Virus record (IMG/VR): IMGVR_UViG_3300025767_001290
Location: 1 to 64,000 of that record
Source: a virus
DNA: 64,000 bases
Direction: 5' to 3' (one strand)
The notes beneath the pieces are model-generated. The model was not told where the DNA came from. It did not search any database and was given only the letters and a program-made list of their open reading frames with translations. Positions 50,201-60,328 of the stretch are shown here, in pieces. Position numbers and translations under genes: made by a program. Within the stretch, counting starts at the first letter, position 1. Each line of letters begins with the position of its first letter.

Positions 50201-53200
50201 GTTTGGAGAATTAATTACAGTATTTGGTACAGTTATTATAATATTATTATCGTCAACTCCGTTAACTGTTCCAAATTTTTCTGTCGTTGAGTTATAATTA
50301 TAAACCCATACTGCGCCTTGATCTACACTAGTTGTATCGTCTAACGGAACACTTACTGCTATCTTGTTTCCTTCTGGATTTAATACAACTGTATCTGCCC
50401 AGCGGTTCTTGTCTATCCAAACATCCGGTGTAGCATTAGGATTTAATGTTCTTGTTCCGGTAAATGCAGTAGCAATATTTCCGGCTCCGTCTCTATATAC
50501 AATATTTCCATCGTTGTCTTTTTCAAATTTATCATTATCGTGATCTTGTAATTCAAAACTTGACTCGGGAGCATCAATTACTTGACTTAATACATACTTT
50601 TTGTCACTAAGTCTATAAATTGCTAATTGCTTTTGATAAGAACTATCTGATAATTCTAATTTAGTTGTTACTACTAATACTTGCGCATCATCACTTAAAT
50701 CAAAATTTTCAGCAAACTGTGATATATTTGTTGCAGGATCATATGATAGTTCATTATAATATGTATCTAGTGTTAGATTTGGTAACAATCCTAAATAATC
50801 AATTTTACCATCAACTAATTCCCAAGATGTATTTAAACTAGACGGAACTGCTGCACCTTTTGGTACATTAGTAGTTGCTGCATACAGTATACTACTATAA
50901 TCTACAATATCACCTAATCTGTAGCTAATAGTGTTATCAAATGTTCCTCTAAAGTTTTCGTCTTTGGCTCTTTTCCAACTAATATTAGTCCAATATATAG
51001 TATCACTAATATTGTTTTGCGTAGCCGAAGTTACCTTACGTGCAATGTAATACTCGTCTTTCCATATTACAACATCGCCAATATCGTAAATCGTGTTAAG
51101 TTTATGCAAACCTTTAAAGGCACTGTTAGCAGGAGCGCCATGCTTGTATATTTCAATAGCGCCTGGATTTTGTCTCCATTCTAAATCTTCATCTCTTGCA
51201 GCACCTGTTGGTTTATTAGATATCATTAAAGTATAATCGTTGCCAGTTTGAGTTATTTTAACTTTTGAACCAAACTTTTTATCTTGTGCTGCATATTCTG
51301 AAACTAATGTTGATTGATATTGGTAAACTCCGTTAAAGTCTTTTCTATAAATTGATACTGCGCCTTGATTTAACGAGCCAGCAATGCCAGTTTTATCTGC
51401 TAGAATATTATAAACTTGACTATAATCTTTGTTTGTGGTATACGGCGGATTAGCAGCTCTAGATATACCAGTAATAATGTCTTCATTAAAGAAATAATAT
51501 TCTTGATCAGTAACTGGGATAACGTTGTCCCAGGTTAATGAGTCTGAGAACGTAGTTCCAGTATCTACAACAATTAATTTTCCAATTAAATTTGTTCCTA
51601 GAACAATATCATTATTAACGTCTAAAATTGTACCAATGTCTTGATCAGGATCTGTACTAGATCGTGACAATCTTCTAATTTCAAATTTACCAATATTAGT
51701 TAATTGTTCAAAAGTTCCGCCCACTGTTATATCTAATCTATCAGTTGGTTCTTTTTCTTCAAATTGTGCTTGTGTTAGTACATTAACATACACTCGAACT
51801 TTATTAAAGTTTCTTTGATAAAACATTACTTCAGCAGCACTTGTAATTGTACTAGTTCTAGCAAGTCCCCCTTGTCCATCTCTAGGAATCTGTACATCAA
51901 CTAAAATATCACCAACTTCTGGTTCAAATACATTACCTTCAAAGTCAAACTCAGTAAAATCAAAGTCAATATATCCATCCCACATGTCTTGTATAACAAC
52001 ATCATTACCTGTGATGAGACTAGCAGTAAATCCTGATGGAGATATATCAAACTCTTCATTATCAAAATATTTAATATTAATTTTTGTTGGTGTATCAGAA
52101 CTAGGACCATTTGCTAAGAATCTAGGATGTATTACATCTGAATATTCTTTTGCTGTACGAATTACATATTTACTACTTGGTATAGCAAGTTCAGTTCCGC
52201 CATTGTCGCCTGTATAAGATAAATGGTTTATAAAACTTGCTTGATTTTTCTTAGTAACGTAATTACCAATACTACTAATCGTATCTTGAATGTTACTATA
52301 AGCATTTATCAATTCCTGCTGGACAATATCTGCTCTTTTACGAATATCAGAGTACACTAATCCTCTACCAACATCATAATATTTGCTGTTGTTAGAATAA
52401 GTAAATGTACTGCCCGAAGTAACTTCAGTAGCCTGTGGTTCTGGGTCTTGGCCAATTTGGTACGTTTTAAACAACCAATACCCTGACACAGTTTCGCTAG
52501 TATTATAAGTATCTGCTTCTGAATAAAATCCTACAAAGTCATCTCTATCGTTAAATAGCTTGCCTAATATACTAAAAACACCATTAGTGTTTATTAAATA
52601 AACAACTGCACTATCTCTAAATGTAGATACATAATAAACTTCTGCAGAACCTGTATCAGTTTGTACAATTTCACCCTTAACAGGCAACGTTACATAAGTT
52701 TCAATAAAGAAAATATGATCTATTTTTTGTTGTATAGTATGTTCTGTTGATAAAAATGTACTAGATATTTTCGGTATAAGGTTGTCAAACGGAAGATATG
52801 TATCTAGCGTTGGATATGCAAAGCTACGCTTATTCCAATATAAACTTACAGCGTCTCCAGATATTTCGCCTACATTACCCAAAGTTCCATTATACATATC
52901 TTTAGGAGCTCTTACTAAAAAGTGATCTACAACATTATTAGGTAATCCAGGATCACCTGCAACTAATAATGTTAAGGACGTTGAGTCAGAATCTAATTGC
53001 TCGGATATATTAATATAAGAATCAAAACTTGTAAACGTTTCTGCTGCAATAGCAGGAAGAATTTCTCTATTTGTTTTCCATAAGCTTTCTTTATATTTTA
53101 CAATTTCGCTTTTTGTATATGTTGTTGTAGTATCAAAGTTGCCTTTAAATTTAGTTTTTACATTACTTGCTCCAGGAATGCCTATTACTAAATATTCACC

Positions 53201-56200
53201 GTCTGGCGAAATATCAATACTTTTGCCAAAGTCGCTGTCAGCAGGATCATAAAGCGTAATCGGAGAGTCAATAGCTGTCCAATATGTCGAAACTTCAATA
53301 TCATCAAATTCAGCAGCACTAGTATGTGTAATAGAAGTAGTATAATAAGTTCTAGAACTATCAAGATCATATACTACCTTATCTCCTTTATAGAATATAG
53401 TATTTGGTTTCCAGGAAAATACATTATCCGGCGGAACTATTTCTTGATCAATTGCTAGTTCTGATGATTCATTAGTTCTTCTATAATAGTTAACTTTGCC
53501 GTTAATATTATTAGCCGAAGATACAAAGAAGTTTCTATTGTCACTAGTAACTGCCATGCTCTCTGAAAACTCTTGTAGTTCTCCTGTGAATATATCGTTG
53601 TTAACTATAGTTTGATTTCTGCTGTAGGCAGTTTTATTTTCTAAAACTGTCCAATCGTTGTTATAGTTTTCAACCCAAAATCTTTGTCCTGGATATAATT
53701 TATTTTGTGCTAAGGTATTTGCTTCTTCAAGTGTTGCTACACGCACCGAGCGCAATTTAGTTAATAAAAAGTCTTTTCCTATAAACGAATTAGGAGTTGT
53801 GTCTGTAGATAGTCTAATGGTAATTTTATTAAGAGTAACACTTTCAACAACATATAGTCCTTCTAGATTAAACTCTTCAGCAGCACGTATACCAATAATA
53901 TCAAGTGGCTTTACTAAGCCTCCTGCCCAACGATTTACTGTCAACTCTACCAAAGGATCTCCTGTAATATCAGATCTTTGATTTTTATTTTCTAATACAG
54001 TTACAGATGTTTCGAGACTAATGTGTTGGTACACATTCCATGGGGTTTCACCTAGCTCTGTTACCCAAATATAATCACCAAGGCCTAGTAAATTAACATT
54101 ACCCAATGGTAACTCGTTACTAGAACTAGCTACAAATGAGACATCTTCTTCTCTTACAAATCCGCCAGTCTTAATTACTTCATTTTTAACTTCTTTAGTT
54201 GGGAACGGTGCATGGTTGTAGTCTAAAGGCTTGTCATATACTTCGTGTTCTAAAATTCTATAATGTTTGTCAAAATTACTTAATGGTAAACTAGTAACTA
54301 ATTCAATTGCTTGTGGCGATTCTTGAACTTTATCTTGTTTAAGATTTAATTCAATTTGTTGAATGTCATTAGTTGCTCCAAAGCGGCCAACTTGTAATGC
54401 CCATTCTTCGTAAAACTCCAATGTGTCTTTTCCGACACTTCCTAATGCACTAAACATTTTTGATAATGCATTTTTTGTGCCTTTATCTTGTATAAATCCT
54501 TGGTAAAACTTATACTGACTTACATCATCTGGAATAATATTAGCAAGATACTGGCGTTTTTGAAAGCCTGTAAAATGTTTTGCCATTTTTTGTAACTCAG
54601 TATCAAACCCCTGAGTGTCTAAACTATAAAAATCAGTAAATTGATTTGTTCTATAATCAAAATTTGTAATTAATTCTGGTTCTGGCTTTTCATTAAGTTT
54701 AAACCATTTAGCAGTCTCAAAATTTGTTGTGCCTGGAATATTTTCAGTTGCAACATAATAAAATTGTTTATATTTAACAAGACTGCCAATTCCAAAATCT
54801 TTCCATTTGGCCCAATCTACAACTTTAGCATCGTCATATACAAACCCCGGGATATTTAGGCCGCCGCTCCAATTTGCTGCACGGTAGCCGCTGACTTTTA
54901 TGCGTTCTTGTCTGTATCCAGAGCTAGGTTCAAATACAATGTCATTAAACACAGTCTTGTTATCAATTAATACTACATGCTCTCTTTGTACTAATGGCAA
55001 TGCAGCACTGTATAATCCTTCTTCAGTGTTTACAGTTTCTATACCAAAACTATTTTTATCTCTCAATAAACTATTAAATTCGCTGGTTAACGGTTCTCCG
55101 TTTGCTTGTAATATACTATAAGTGTAAAACGGATCGTTAATATCATCTACAACAAAATATTCTTTACTAAAATTAAATTTATTAGCAGCTGGAGATATTG
55201 TTATAACAGTACCTGTAGCCCAACCTTGCGTTGTCCAGAATAAAAACTCTCGGGCACTTTGATCCCAATTATTAACTGTTCCGTCTAATTCAACAAAGTT
55301 AAAATCAAAACCTAAGTCATTTAATTGCTGTCCGTATCCTAACAAAAAGTCAACCATATCTTGTGATGTTTTAAGAGTCGATCCGTAAGGTAATAATTTA
55401 ATTGTTGTTTTGTCAAAGTTACGTTTAAACAATGCAGTTTTTCCGCCAACGATTGGCAATTCAGGAAGCTTTGCAAGATTGTCTGTGCTAAATGTATTAG
55501 CAGACGTAAATGTTTTTGTAACTCTATAATATGTGTTATTATTTTCTATAATAACATCTTTATAATATATAGTCGACGGCTTCCATTCTGAAGTTGTTTC
55601 GCTTATTCCTCCAACAGTTACAGGAACTGTTTTCGAAGAAGTAATTGGTGAGTAATATTCAAAGAACGGATTTTGATTGTTGTAGCCTCTTACAACAAAT
55701 CCACCAGCTGTTTTTTCAATAATTATGCCACTGTACACTGCTACTGATTGCGGTGAACTTTTGTTAAGAAATACTTGATAGTTTTCTTGTGGGATATAAA
55801 TCCCACCATCGGATAGCAATTGTTGTGGGCTGCGGCTGTCAAGAATTAAGTTTATTTTTTGTTTATCACTAAATCCGCCTAGTTTAAATCCTAACTGGTT
55901 ATTAATTGCCTTTAATTCGTTTTGGTAATCTTGATAAATTGTTAACACATCACTAGCAACTAGATTATAAATGTAATTTACAAACCCTGAGGTATTTACT
56001 CTAGCAGTATCTGTAACCGTGTTAGGGAATACTATATTGTCAAGTGTTAGAAATTTGCTAGTTGTAGAATACACTTGCTGTCCAGCTAAGTTAGTTGTTA
56101 TCCGAGATACATCAAATGCTTCTCCAATTGTGCTAGACGGCTTGTTAAGCATTAAACTCTTAATAATTGCAAAAGGATAATTAGAACTTCGGCGCCACGC

Positions 56201-59200
56201 AGTTTCAACCGGAGCTTCGTCGCCAAAGCTAAAGTTACCTGTACTTTGGCGTAAAATAAACTGTTTTACATATCCGCTTGTTTGAGGATGTTTTAATTTG
56301 CCTGTGGAATCAACTGGGATAAATCCCAGTAGTCCCGGCCTTGCATAATCTAAGGTATATCTAATATTATTAGGTTCTGCTATTTTGCCTTCTTGAATGT
56401 CTGTCCAGAGGATTAAATTATCTCTAGTATACGGTGCAGGACCATACACTGTGTTCCACCATGATGGTTTAATTTTAAATCCTTGCATTTCCCAAGGGTG
56501 GCTATGTGGTCTATCAGTGTCAAAGGCACGTTTATATACACCTCTCCAAAAACCAGGAAGAGGTGTACCTGAAGTATTTACTGACGAAGAGTAGTTAAAC
56601 GTAAACGGATTTAATCTATCATAAAAATAATTATCAGTATAATCATTGTCTACATACGATAACCACTGTGTAAAGTTAGATAGTAAACTACGGTCAACTT
56701 CTGTTTTCGTAAACTCATTTGTTCTAAAGTCTCCTCCAACAAATTTATCAATATTAATAGTATTATTGTCATAATTTACTTTTATATTATTAAAGATTCG
56801 TTTTTCAAGATCTAATAATAGTTCATCTCTAAAATCTAAATATGCTCTAATATAACTTCCATCGTGTCCTTTAATAAAAGGAATACCTGTAGGATATGCA
56901 TCATATTCTACATTATCAACAGTTCCAACTGAGGTGCCTGTTGTCGGCATATAAAGTACAACGTTTAGACCTTTAAACAAATATGTATTTGATGTTCCAG
57001 TACCTCCATTAGCAATATCAGCTGCGTTAGCTGTTTCAAGAGTTGTATAAACTGGATAGAACCAACCTCTGGTGCCAGCTTTGGTAAATCCAGTTTCAAC
57101 TTCTCCGTATACTTTATAAGGACCGGTAGTAGATGGTTGATCTGTTTGATAGGTGTCGTCAATTGTTAATTCTGGAGCAAACTTTGGATATATTCCTAAT
57201 TTAGTAGGAGTTGGCGCAATAAAAGTGCCATCTGTACTTGTATATTCGTAAATATCAATTATGTCGTTTACTTTTTGGTCTGTGTCAATAACTACGTAGC
57301 CATCTGCATCAAAAGTATAATCTAAATTATACGATAATTGGCTAGAATTTAAATACACGCTAACAGCATTAGACGATAACTTAGTTAAATTAAACGGTGT
57401 AGTTAGTGCATAAGTTTTAATTCTAGAATCTAAAACAGTGTATGTTATTTTGTTAGAAGGACCGTGTGCTACCATGTCAGAGAAGTAAAACGGCTGTGTT
57501 TTAATTTTATCTTTATTAATTGTTTTTAGAATAAGGTCAACATGTTGCTTAGTTTCGCCGTCAAACCCTAAAGATTCGGCAGTTTCTAAAAACACTCTTT
57601 TAAATTTAGAATATTCAGTGTTTGCATAATCAAGAGCTTTTGTTAAATTATATTTTGTGTTTAACAAATGATACAGTGAAAGATTTAAAGGACTTTTGTG
57701 CTTAACAAATCGTTTGCCAAATTTGTCTAGGTCGCCTAAGTCACGTAAATTGCCTGGGCCCGGAAATACTCCATTAAAATTTGGTATTTCTCCAACCATG
57801 CTATCAACATGGTCAATAACTTCGCCTAAAGTAAATTCAGCTATGTCTTGGTTTAATGGATTTCTTTCTAAGTTAATAGGAAGTTCATAATATCCGTTGT
57901 TATTTTTACTAGACTTGCTATATGCCTTAATAGTAACTACATCATCAATATTAATGTCATTATAAAATCTAACTAATGCAGTTTCATTTATTTTATCAAT
58001 TTCATAATCAGTTAATCGAAACTGCAAGTTATTATTAACAAGCACAATAACTTGCAGGTCGGTTAAATTACCTGCTTTATCAAAAACGTCGATTTCAAAA
58101 TTATTAGTTACATTGTCAGTTGCAGTGTATTGTTTAACTACATATTGTTTGCTTGCTACCGGAGTACTAGACCATCCATTAACATATATAAACGAAGTTT
58201 TATTTTTATATTTTCTTAAATTTGCAGTATCTGTAGTAATGTTAACAACTACGTCATTATCTTGTATACTAAATGTGTCACTTAGTAAATTAAATTCAAA
58301 AACAATATCTCCACTGTTTTCTATTTTCTTGTAAGATAAAGGAAATCCTAATTCAATATCATTAGTACCATCACCTTCCTTGTAAGAAAATATCTTTGTT
58401 CCTTTAAACGTACTAGAATTAAATACATCTAAATCTCCGTATGCATTGCCTTGTGGACAACATAGGTCAAACAACGGAGGTTGATTAACTTTTGTTTTTT
58501 CTTGAGAAAGTGTCCATTTGTTGTAATGGTAATGTAACGTCTTTCCGCCGTATTTGTTACCCTGTTTAACAAAAATAGTTTCTAAATCTACAGGATCAGT
58601 ATCTACTGTTTCTATTAAACTAATTTGTCTAACGTTGTTTATTGTACTAAATTTTACTTCGTAGATTTTTCCGTTAACTCTAACATCAGTATCTGCTGCA
58701 AATAGTATTCTCATACCGCTTGCTAAATTAATACCATCTACATTATATCCTAGTTCGCCTTCAATTGTAGAAAACGCATCTGCTGTAAAGAAATCAATTA
58801 GGTCAATGTCAGCTTTGGCTTCAACCCCAAAATTAAATAATTTTAGGCCTGCTTCAAATTCAATAATAGGACGCTTTGCTCTACCTGTTTCGTCAATATT
58901 AACATCTAAGTTATTGTATTCATAACTTTTAACTAATACATCTTTGTGGTGCCATCTGTTGTATCGACTCCATGCATTTCTATCTGGAGTTGCTCGATTA
59001 ATAACAATATAGTCTTTTTCTGCTGCATAAGCACTTGCATTAGCAAACGGTAAACTATCAAATTGGTCAGCATCAAACGGAACTAATACGTTTTCACTAT
59101 ATGTCGCAGGAATAATTAAATCTTTTTCGTTTATTAAAACAATTTTGTCGCCAACACCTTCAACATACCACTGATCTTGTGCGTACTTTATAGGTGAAAC

Positions 59201-60328
59201 ATCACCTTGGAATTTTAGTTTCATTCCATTTGACAATACTACTCCGTTTGCACTAGTATAATGTTTTTTACCTAAAATATCAGCACCGATGTCAAGTATA
59301 GTATTTTCTTCAATATCATATAATTTTATAAGACCGCTAGTGTCGACTGAATTTTTACTAATATAATAAAGATTATTAGGAGCATTTATAGGGATAGTAA
59401 ACTCAATAACACCCTTTTCGATATATGCAACTGCTACACTCTCACCAGCTTCGCCAAGTTTAACAATACCATCCGGGTATAATGTTGAAACATTATTGTC
59501 TGCGTCAAATGATACACTTCCGCTATCTGGTAATACTATAAATTCTCCTACATCATACGACGAGTTATTACTGTCATACAAAGTGGCGTCAAATAGTCCA
59601 TTATCTCTTAATCCAGCTGAACCGGCAGTTATAATAGACGATCCAGGAGTAAATGTTCTACTAATAGAAATTGCCATTGGATGACCAGGCGTATCAATTT
59701 CAAAACGATACGTTTGTCCGCGATATAATTTTAATGATGGATTTCTAGTAAGTCCATCATTAAACACATATGCCATGTTATCACCCTGATCTTCGAGTGT
59801 TACTGTATATGTACTAGTTACCGATTTACTTTGTCCTCGGACATTAACACTTAGTGGCCCGGTTGGTGCCCAATAATATTCACGAAAGTTTGTAAATTTA
59901 TCCCAATCAATATTTGGGTTCCACGGGTAATAGTCGCTGCTGTTAAGTCTGCTTTCGTTAGCTGTATTAGCTCCAAGAAATCCTAACATACCAATATAGT
60001 CATTGTAGTCTTTATAAAAGGTTACATTATCTAAGTTATCTTTAATAACAGCAGCTGGTTCTAATTGGTAATTTTCTCGGTTTGCAGAAACATCACTTAT
60101 ATAGTTGTCTCCAGTTTTATAAGCCTTTGCTGTTTTACGACCAACATATCCGTTAATTTTTTCAGCTTCGCCGGGCTGTATTAATTGATCTATAGTTCCT
60201 TGTAAAAACTTTTTATTTGCTTCAGTGCGAAAGAATTTTGGAATTAAATCACTTGCAGATCTACTACTATTATTGTTGTTACCAGCACTTGGTAATGACT
60301 TATCATTTTGATTATTATTAGTTGCCAT
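44279..60328 (-). CDS. Giant (5349 aa) baseplate/virion protein at the gp7-like position
   Basis: Uninterrupted 16-kb ORF directly after the gp6-like gene; FG-GAP-like, W.P...Y..GD.V.Y, N.G.GY...P and (A/G)DG.T..F repeats. Confidence 0.8.
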   Translation of the reverse strand: MATNNNQNDKSLPSAGNNNNSSRSASDLIPKFFRTEANKKFLQGTIDQLIQPGEAEKINGYVGRKTAKAYKTGDNYISDVSANRENYQLEPAAVIKDNLDNVTFYKDYNDYIGMLGFLGANTANESRLNSSDYYPWNPNIDWDKFTNFREYYWAPTGPLSVNVRGQSKSVTSTYTVTLEDQGDNMAYVFNDGLTRNPSLKLYRGQTYRFEIDTPGHPMAISISRTFTPGSSIITAGSAGLRDNGLFDATLYDSNNSSYDVGEFIVLPDSGSVSFDADNNVSTLYPDGIVKLGEAGESVAVAYIEKGVIEFTIPINAPNNLYYISKNSVDTSGLIKLYDIEENTILDIGADILGKKHYTSANGVVLSNGMKLKFQGDVSPIKYAQDQWYVEGVGDKIVLINEKDLIIPATYSENVLVPFDADQFDSLPFANASAYAAEKDYIVINRATPDRNAWSRYNRWHHKDVLVKSYEYNNLDVNIDETGRAKRPIIEFEAGLKLFNFGVEAKADIDLIDFFTADAFSTIEGELGYNVDGINLASGMRILFAADTDVRVNGKIYEVKFSTINNVRQISLIETVDTDPVDLETIFVKQGNKYGGKTLHYHYNKWTLSQEKTKVNQPPLFDLCCPQGNAYGDLDVFNSSTFKGTKIFSYKEGDGTNDIELGFPLSYKKIENSGDIVFEFNLLSDTFSIQDNDVVVNITTDTANLRKYKNKTSFIYVNGWSSTPVASKQYVVKQYTATDNVTNNFEIDVFDKAGNLTDLQVIVLVNNNLQFRLTDYEIDKINETALVRFYNDINIDDVVTIKAYSKSSKNNNGYYELPINLERNPLNQDIAEFTLGEVIDHVDSMVGEIPNFNGVFPGPGNLRDLGDLDKFGKRFVKHKSPLNLSLYHLLNTKYNLTKALDYANTEYSKFKRVFLETAESLGFDGETKQHVDLILKTINKDKIKTQPFYFSDMVAHGPSNKITYTVLDSRIKTYALTTPFNLTKLSSNAVSVYLNSSQLSYNLDYTFDADGYVVIDTDQKVNDIIDIYEYTSTDGTFIAPTPTKLGIYPKFAPELTIDDTYQTDQPSTTGPYKVYGEVETGFTKAGTRGWFYPVYTTLETANAADIANGGTGTSNTYLFKGLNVVLYMPTTGTSVGTVDNVEYDAYPTGIPFIKGHDGSYIRAYLDFRDELLLDLEKRIFNNIKVNYDNNTINIDKFVGGDFRTNEFTKTEVDRSLLSNFTQWLSYVDNDYTDNYFYDRLNPFTFNYSSSVNTSGTPLPGFWRGVYKRAFDTDRPHSHPWEMQGFKIKPSWWNTVYGPAPYTRDNLILWTDIQEGKIAEPNNIRYTLDYARPGLLGFIPVDSTGKLKHPQTSGYVKQFILRQSTGNFSFGDEAPVETAWRRSSNYPFAIIKSLMLNKPSSTIGEAFDVSRITTNLAGQQVYSTTSKFLTLDNIVFPNTVTDTARVNTSGFVNYIYNLVASDVLTIYQDYQNELKAINNQLGFKLGGFSDKQKINLILDSRSPQQLLSDGGIYIPQENYQVFLNKSSPQSVAVYSGIIIEKTAGGFVVRGYNNQNPFFEYYSPITSSKTVPVTVGGISETTSEWKPSTIYYKDVIIENNNTYYRVTKTFTSANTFSTDNLAKLPELPIVGGKTALFKRNFDKTTIKLLPYGSTLKTSQDMVDFLLGYGQQLNDLGFDFNFVELDGTVNNWDQSAREFLFWTTQGWATGTVITISPAANKFNFSKEYFVVDDINDPFYTYSILQANGEPLTSEFNSLLRDKNSFGIETVNTEEGLYSAALPLVQREHVVLIDNKTVFNDIVFEPSSGYRQERIKVSGYRAANWSGGLNIPGFVYDDAKVVDWAKWKDFGIGSLVKYKQFYYVATENIPGTTNFETAKWFKLNEKPEPELITNFDYRTNQFTDFYSLDTQGFDTELQKMAKHFTGFQKRQYLANIIPDDVSQYKFYQGFIQDKGTKNALSKMFSALGSVGKDTLEFYEEWALQVGRFGATNDIQQIELNLKQDKVQESPQAIELVTSLPLSNFDKHYRILEHEVYDKPLDYNHAPFPTKEVKNEVIKTGGFVREEDVSFVASSSNELPLGNVNLLGLGDYIWVTELGETPWNVYQHISLETSVTVLENKNQRSDITGDPLVELTVNRWAGGLVKPLDIIGIRAAEEFNLEGLYVVESVTLNKITIRLSTDTTPNSFIGKDFLLTKLRSVRVATLEEANTLAQNKLYPGQRFWVENYNNDWTVLENKTAYSRNQTIVNNDIFTGELQEFSESMAVTSDNRNFFVSSANNINGKVNYYRRTNESSELAIDQEIVPPDNVFSWKPNTIFYKGDKVVYDLDSSRTYYTTSITHTSAAEFDDIEVSTYWTAIDSPITLYDPADSDFGKSIDISPDGEYLVIGIPGASNVKTKFKGNFDTTTTYTKSEIVKYKESLWKTNREILPAIAAETFTSFDSYINISEQLDSDSTSLTLLVAGDPGLPNNVVDHFLVRAPKDMYNGTLGNVGEISGDAVSLYWNKRSFAYPTLDTYLPFDNLIPKISSTFLSTEHTIQQKIDHIFFIETYVTLPVKGEIVQTDTGSAEVYYVSTFRDSAVVYLINTNGVFSILGKLFNDRDDFVGFYSEADTYNTSETVSGYWLFKTYQIGQDPEPQATEVTSGSTFTYSNNSKYYDVGRGLVYSDIRKRADIVQQELINAYSNIQDTISSIGNYVTKKNQASFINHLSYTGDNGGTELAIPSSKYVIRTAKEYSDVIHPRFLANGPSSDTPTKINIKYFDNEEFDISPSGFTASLITGNDVVIQDMWDGYIDFDFTEFDFEGNVFEPEVGDILVDVQIPRDGQGGLARTSTITSAAEVMFYQRNFNKVRVYVNVLTQAQFEEKEPTDRLDITVGGTFEQLTNIGKFEIRRLSRSSTDPDQDIGTILDVNNDIVLGTNLIGKLIVVDTGTTFSDSLTWDNVIPVTDQEYYFFNEDIITGISRAANPPYTTNKDYSQVYNILADKTGIAGSLNQGAVSIYRKDFNGVYQYQSTLVSEYAAQDKKFGSKVKITQTGNDYTLMISNKPTGAARDEDLEWRQNPGAIEIYKHGAPANSAFKGLHKLNTIYDIGDVVIWKDEYYIARKVTSATQNNISDTIYWTNISWKRAKDENFRGTFDNTISYRLGDIVDYSSILYAATTNVPKGAAVPSSLNTSWELVDGKIDYLGLLPNLTLDTYYNELSYDPATNISQFAENFDLSDDAQVLVVTTKLELSDSSYQKQLAIYRLSDKKYVLSQVIDAPESSFELQDHDNDKFEKDNDGNIVYRDGAGNIATAFTGTRTLNPNATPDVWIDKNRWADTVVLNPEGNKIAVSVPLDDTTSVDQGAVWVYNYNSTTEKFGTVNGVDDNNIIITVPNTVINSPNNEQVEKFGYSVAFGKDGLVISSQNGDQRIPTRFDTYTKLLEVQPQTGVEVYGVNVELIDGVSLGDIKLDVDGNPIPVYSKYVLDTSSTERTETTFDNKFTSFKNIKVDKGTIYVYEDIQDTLIYSEQLLFKDAQINFGKNLLINDNHIYTGIPNFVSGNYRGIVLDYRKIKNKKSWNSLRSSVTPVDISKIGGVFLYNKRTNQIVSYIDYIDPVQGKIAGVADKEITFKTPQDPASYNVGPLDDITVSPAMHWGEAHVGQVWWNINNARFSNVYQGSTTFQSNSWNSLLPGASIDIYEWVESDYLPSQWNQLADTDNGVPLGISGTSLYGDTKYSAKLSYDDISQTFNTKYYFWVENKLTIPTDKNRTINCINIRNLIQSPRENGYRYISFISKDKLVLNNFNNLITSDDLVLNIRYSTGPNNSQNEHAQYQLMSDNLATSKPNYDIERKWFDSLIGFDSNNRIVPDPKIPVAKRQGIQNRPRQGMFVNRVEALKQTIERVNSVLLNTLIVDEYNINSLSLKDEMPTVISNKYDLKINTYEELEFISTNKLTPAVLTPVVVNGRVVRVTITNPGRGYKVAPSYQFESTGSGAVLDITINNLGQVNNVEVLAQGNDYTETTILNVRKFTVLVESDSASFNKWALYEWNTTSTSWFRAAVQNYNVSNYWNYVDWYDIGYNQFTEVNYTVNNSYELSTIDDIIGNTVKINNVGAGGWLLLEKESSQNTEDYTINYKTVGRQNGTIQFNDSLYDYAKNTTGYDNNSFDSAFYDNNPVKELRIILKALRDDIFIGALELEYNQLFFAALRYILSEQPSVDWMFKTSFISATHKLGNLSQDTTFKYSNLADFESYVNEVKPYSTNIREFIDSYQSLENTSSSVADFDLAPYYNNVTGTITPSVATVDSNRVVGADDNTTAYPRKHWLDNLGYKITGIKMSDLGSGYTFVPTVRFEGGGGTGATATAVLAYGKVTKIIVTNSGTGYVSAPTVIIEGPQNEIFTTAKATAILGNGLVRNPHIRVKFDRLSGQYVYENIAKQTVHTGTGDSTTFNLPYPMDLNNSTIQVLVDNVEQLRSKYTYANVEDNTSTYTREKGRIIFAKPPKLNAVIEIKYQLPLSMLSAEDRILHSYNPNSTMYSKDLTQLMTGIDYGGVEVRSFDFQGVTGWDSKGWFVDQWDQFDNTYEDQVFTADGSTIAVQLTTPLENGVVYNLYKNNVRIDDPNFSLGTATNVNAITNSITGDGTTDIIYVQDLGISIVDGDIFVVRKSTSDGSVIPDPTGYDTALSGGDLLYTTASGTAAEDIITDGDGFISEAAMAGPEELVPGQIFDTLDIKVYTRDSDGQGKINSQSYHIDTSVTTYDLGITPSNIDSVIVKINNTVLSRESGNYTIDWENGTVTIDSTINSFDTGKILSIVTVSQAGQNILDYGEYNADGSTTSFETRVRFQTDLDIFVSVNGVKQTVTFNKSEITGNVVFTFSTAPEEGNLVYYSLFDSNIQVNYSQMKKDRFIGNGTAVNFVLPSAPFYNKPTQHNLIVKVGNTILSPGYNIQYTIPPSGQREFALETFQQPQGSLLTEDIKVFLNGEELLTPISWRFDIANSSVVLTDDVGKAGDIVEIYAITDGQYTLSSENTVTLNTAPSGFTPVEIFQFSNHDLLGIERINYDVVSRVTLQLENADYTTYNRLSVGEIRLRKPAIDAKYAWVVKNGELLTPDTDYVLTNNNTTVQLATVPEQLDLIDVIHFTAEVSTSKFAYRQFKDILNRTHYKRLDASVTTLEEPLNYYDLRITVKDSNLLSEPNKGQNLPGIIFINGERIEYFVKEGNLLRQLRRGTLGTGVKEVHAAESKVFDQNIGKTIPYIDNNIIQDITADGTTSLFDVSSATGSINELEVFVGGVRMRKNSINSFLPVFEQDSPAGDYENPADVIFNVQTQQIDLKQVPVEGTRVTIIKKQGKIWNEGTNSLGESENSIARFLRAGTSELPE

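Noticed and set aside
44279-60328. Intein or intron explaining the giant ORF
   Set aside because: No intein splice-junction or LAGLIDADG motifs recognised by eye; the length is accounted for by repeats (an HMM scan would confirm)
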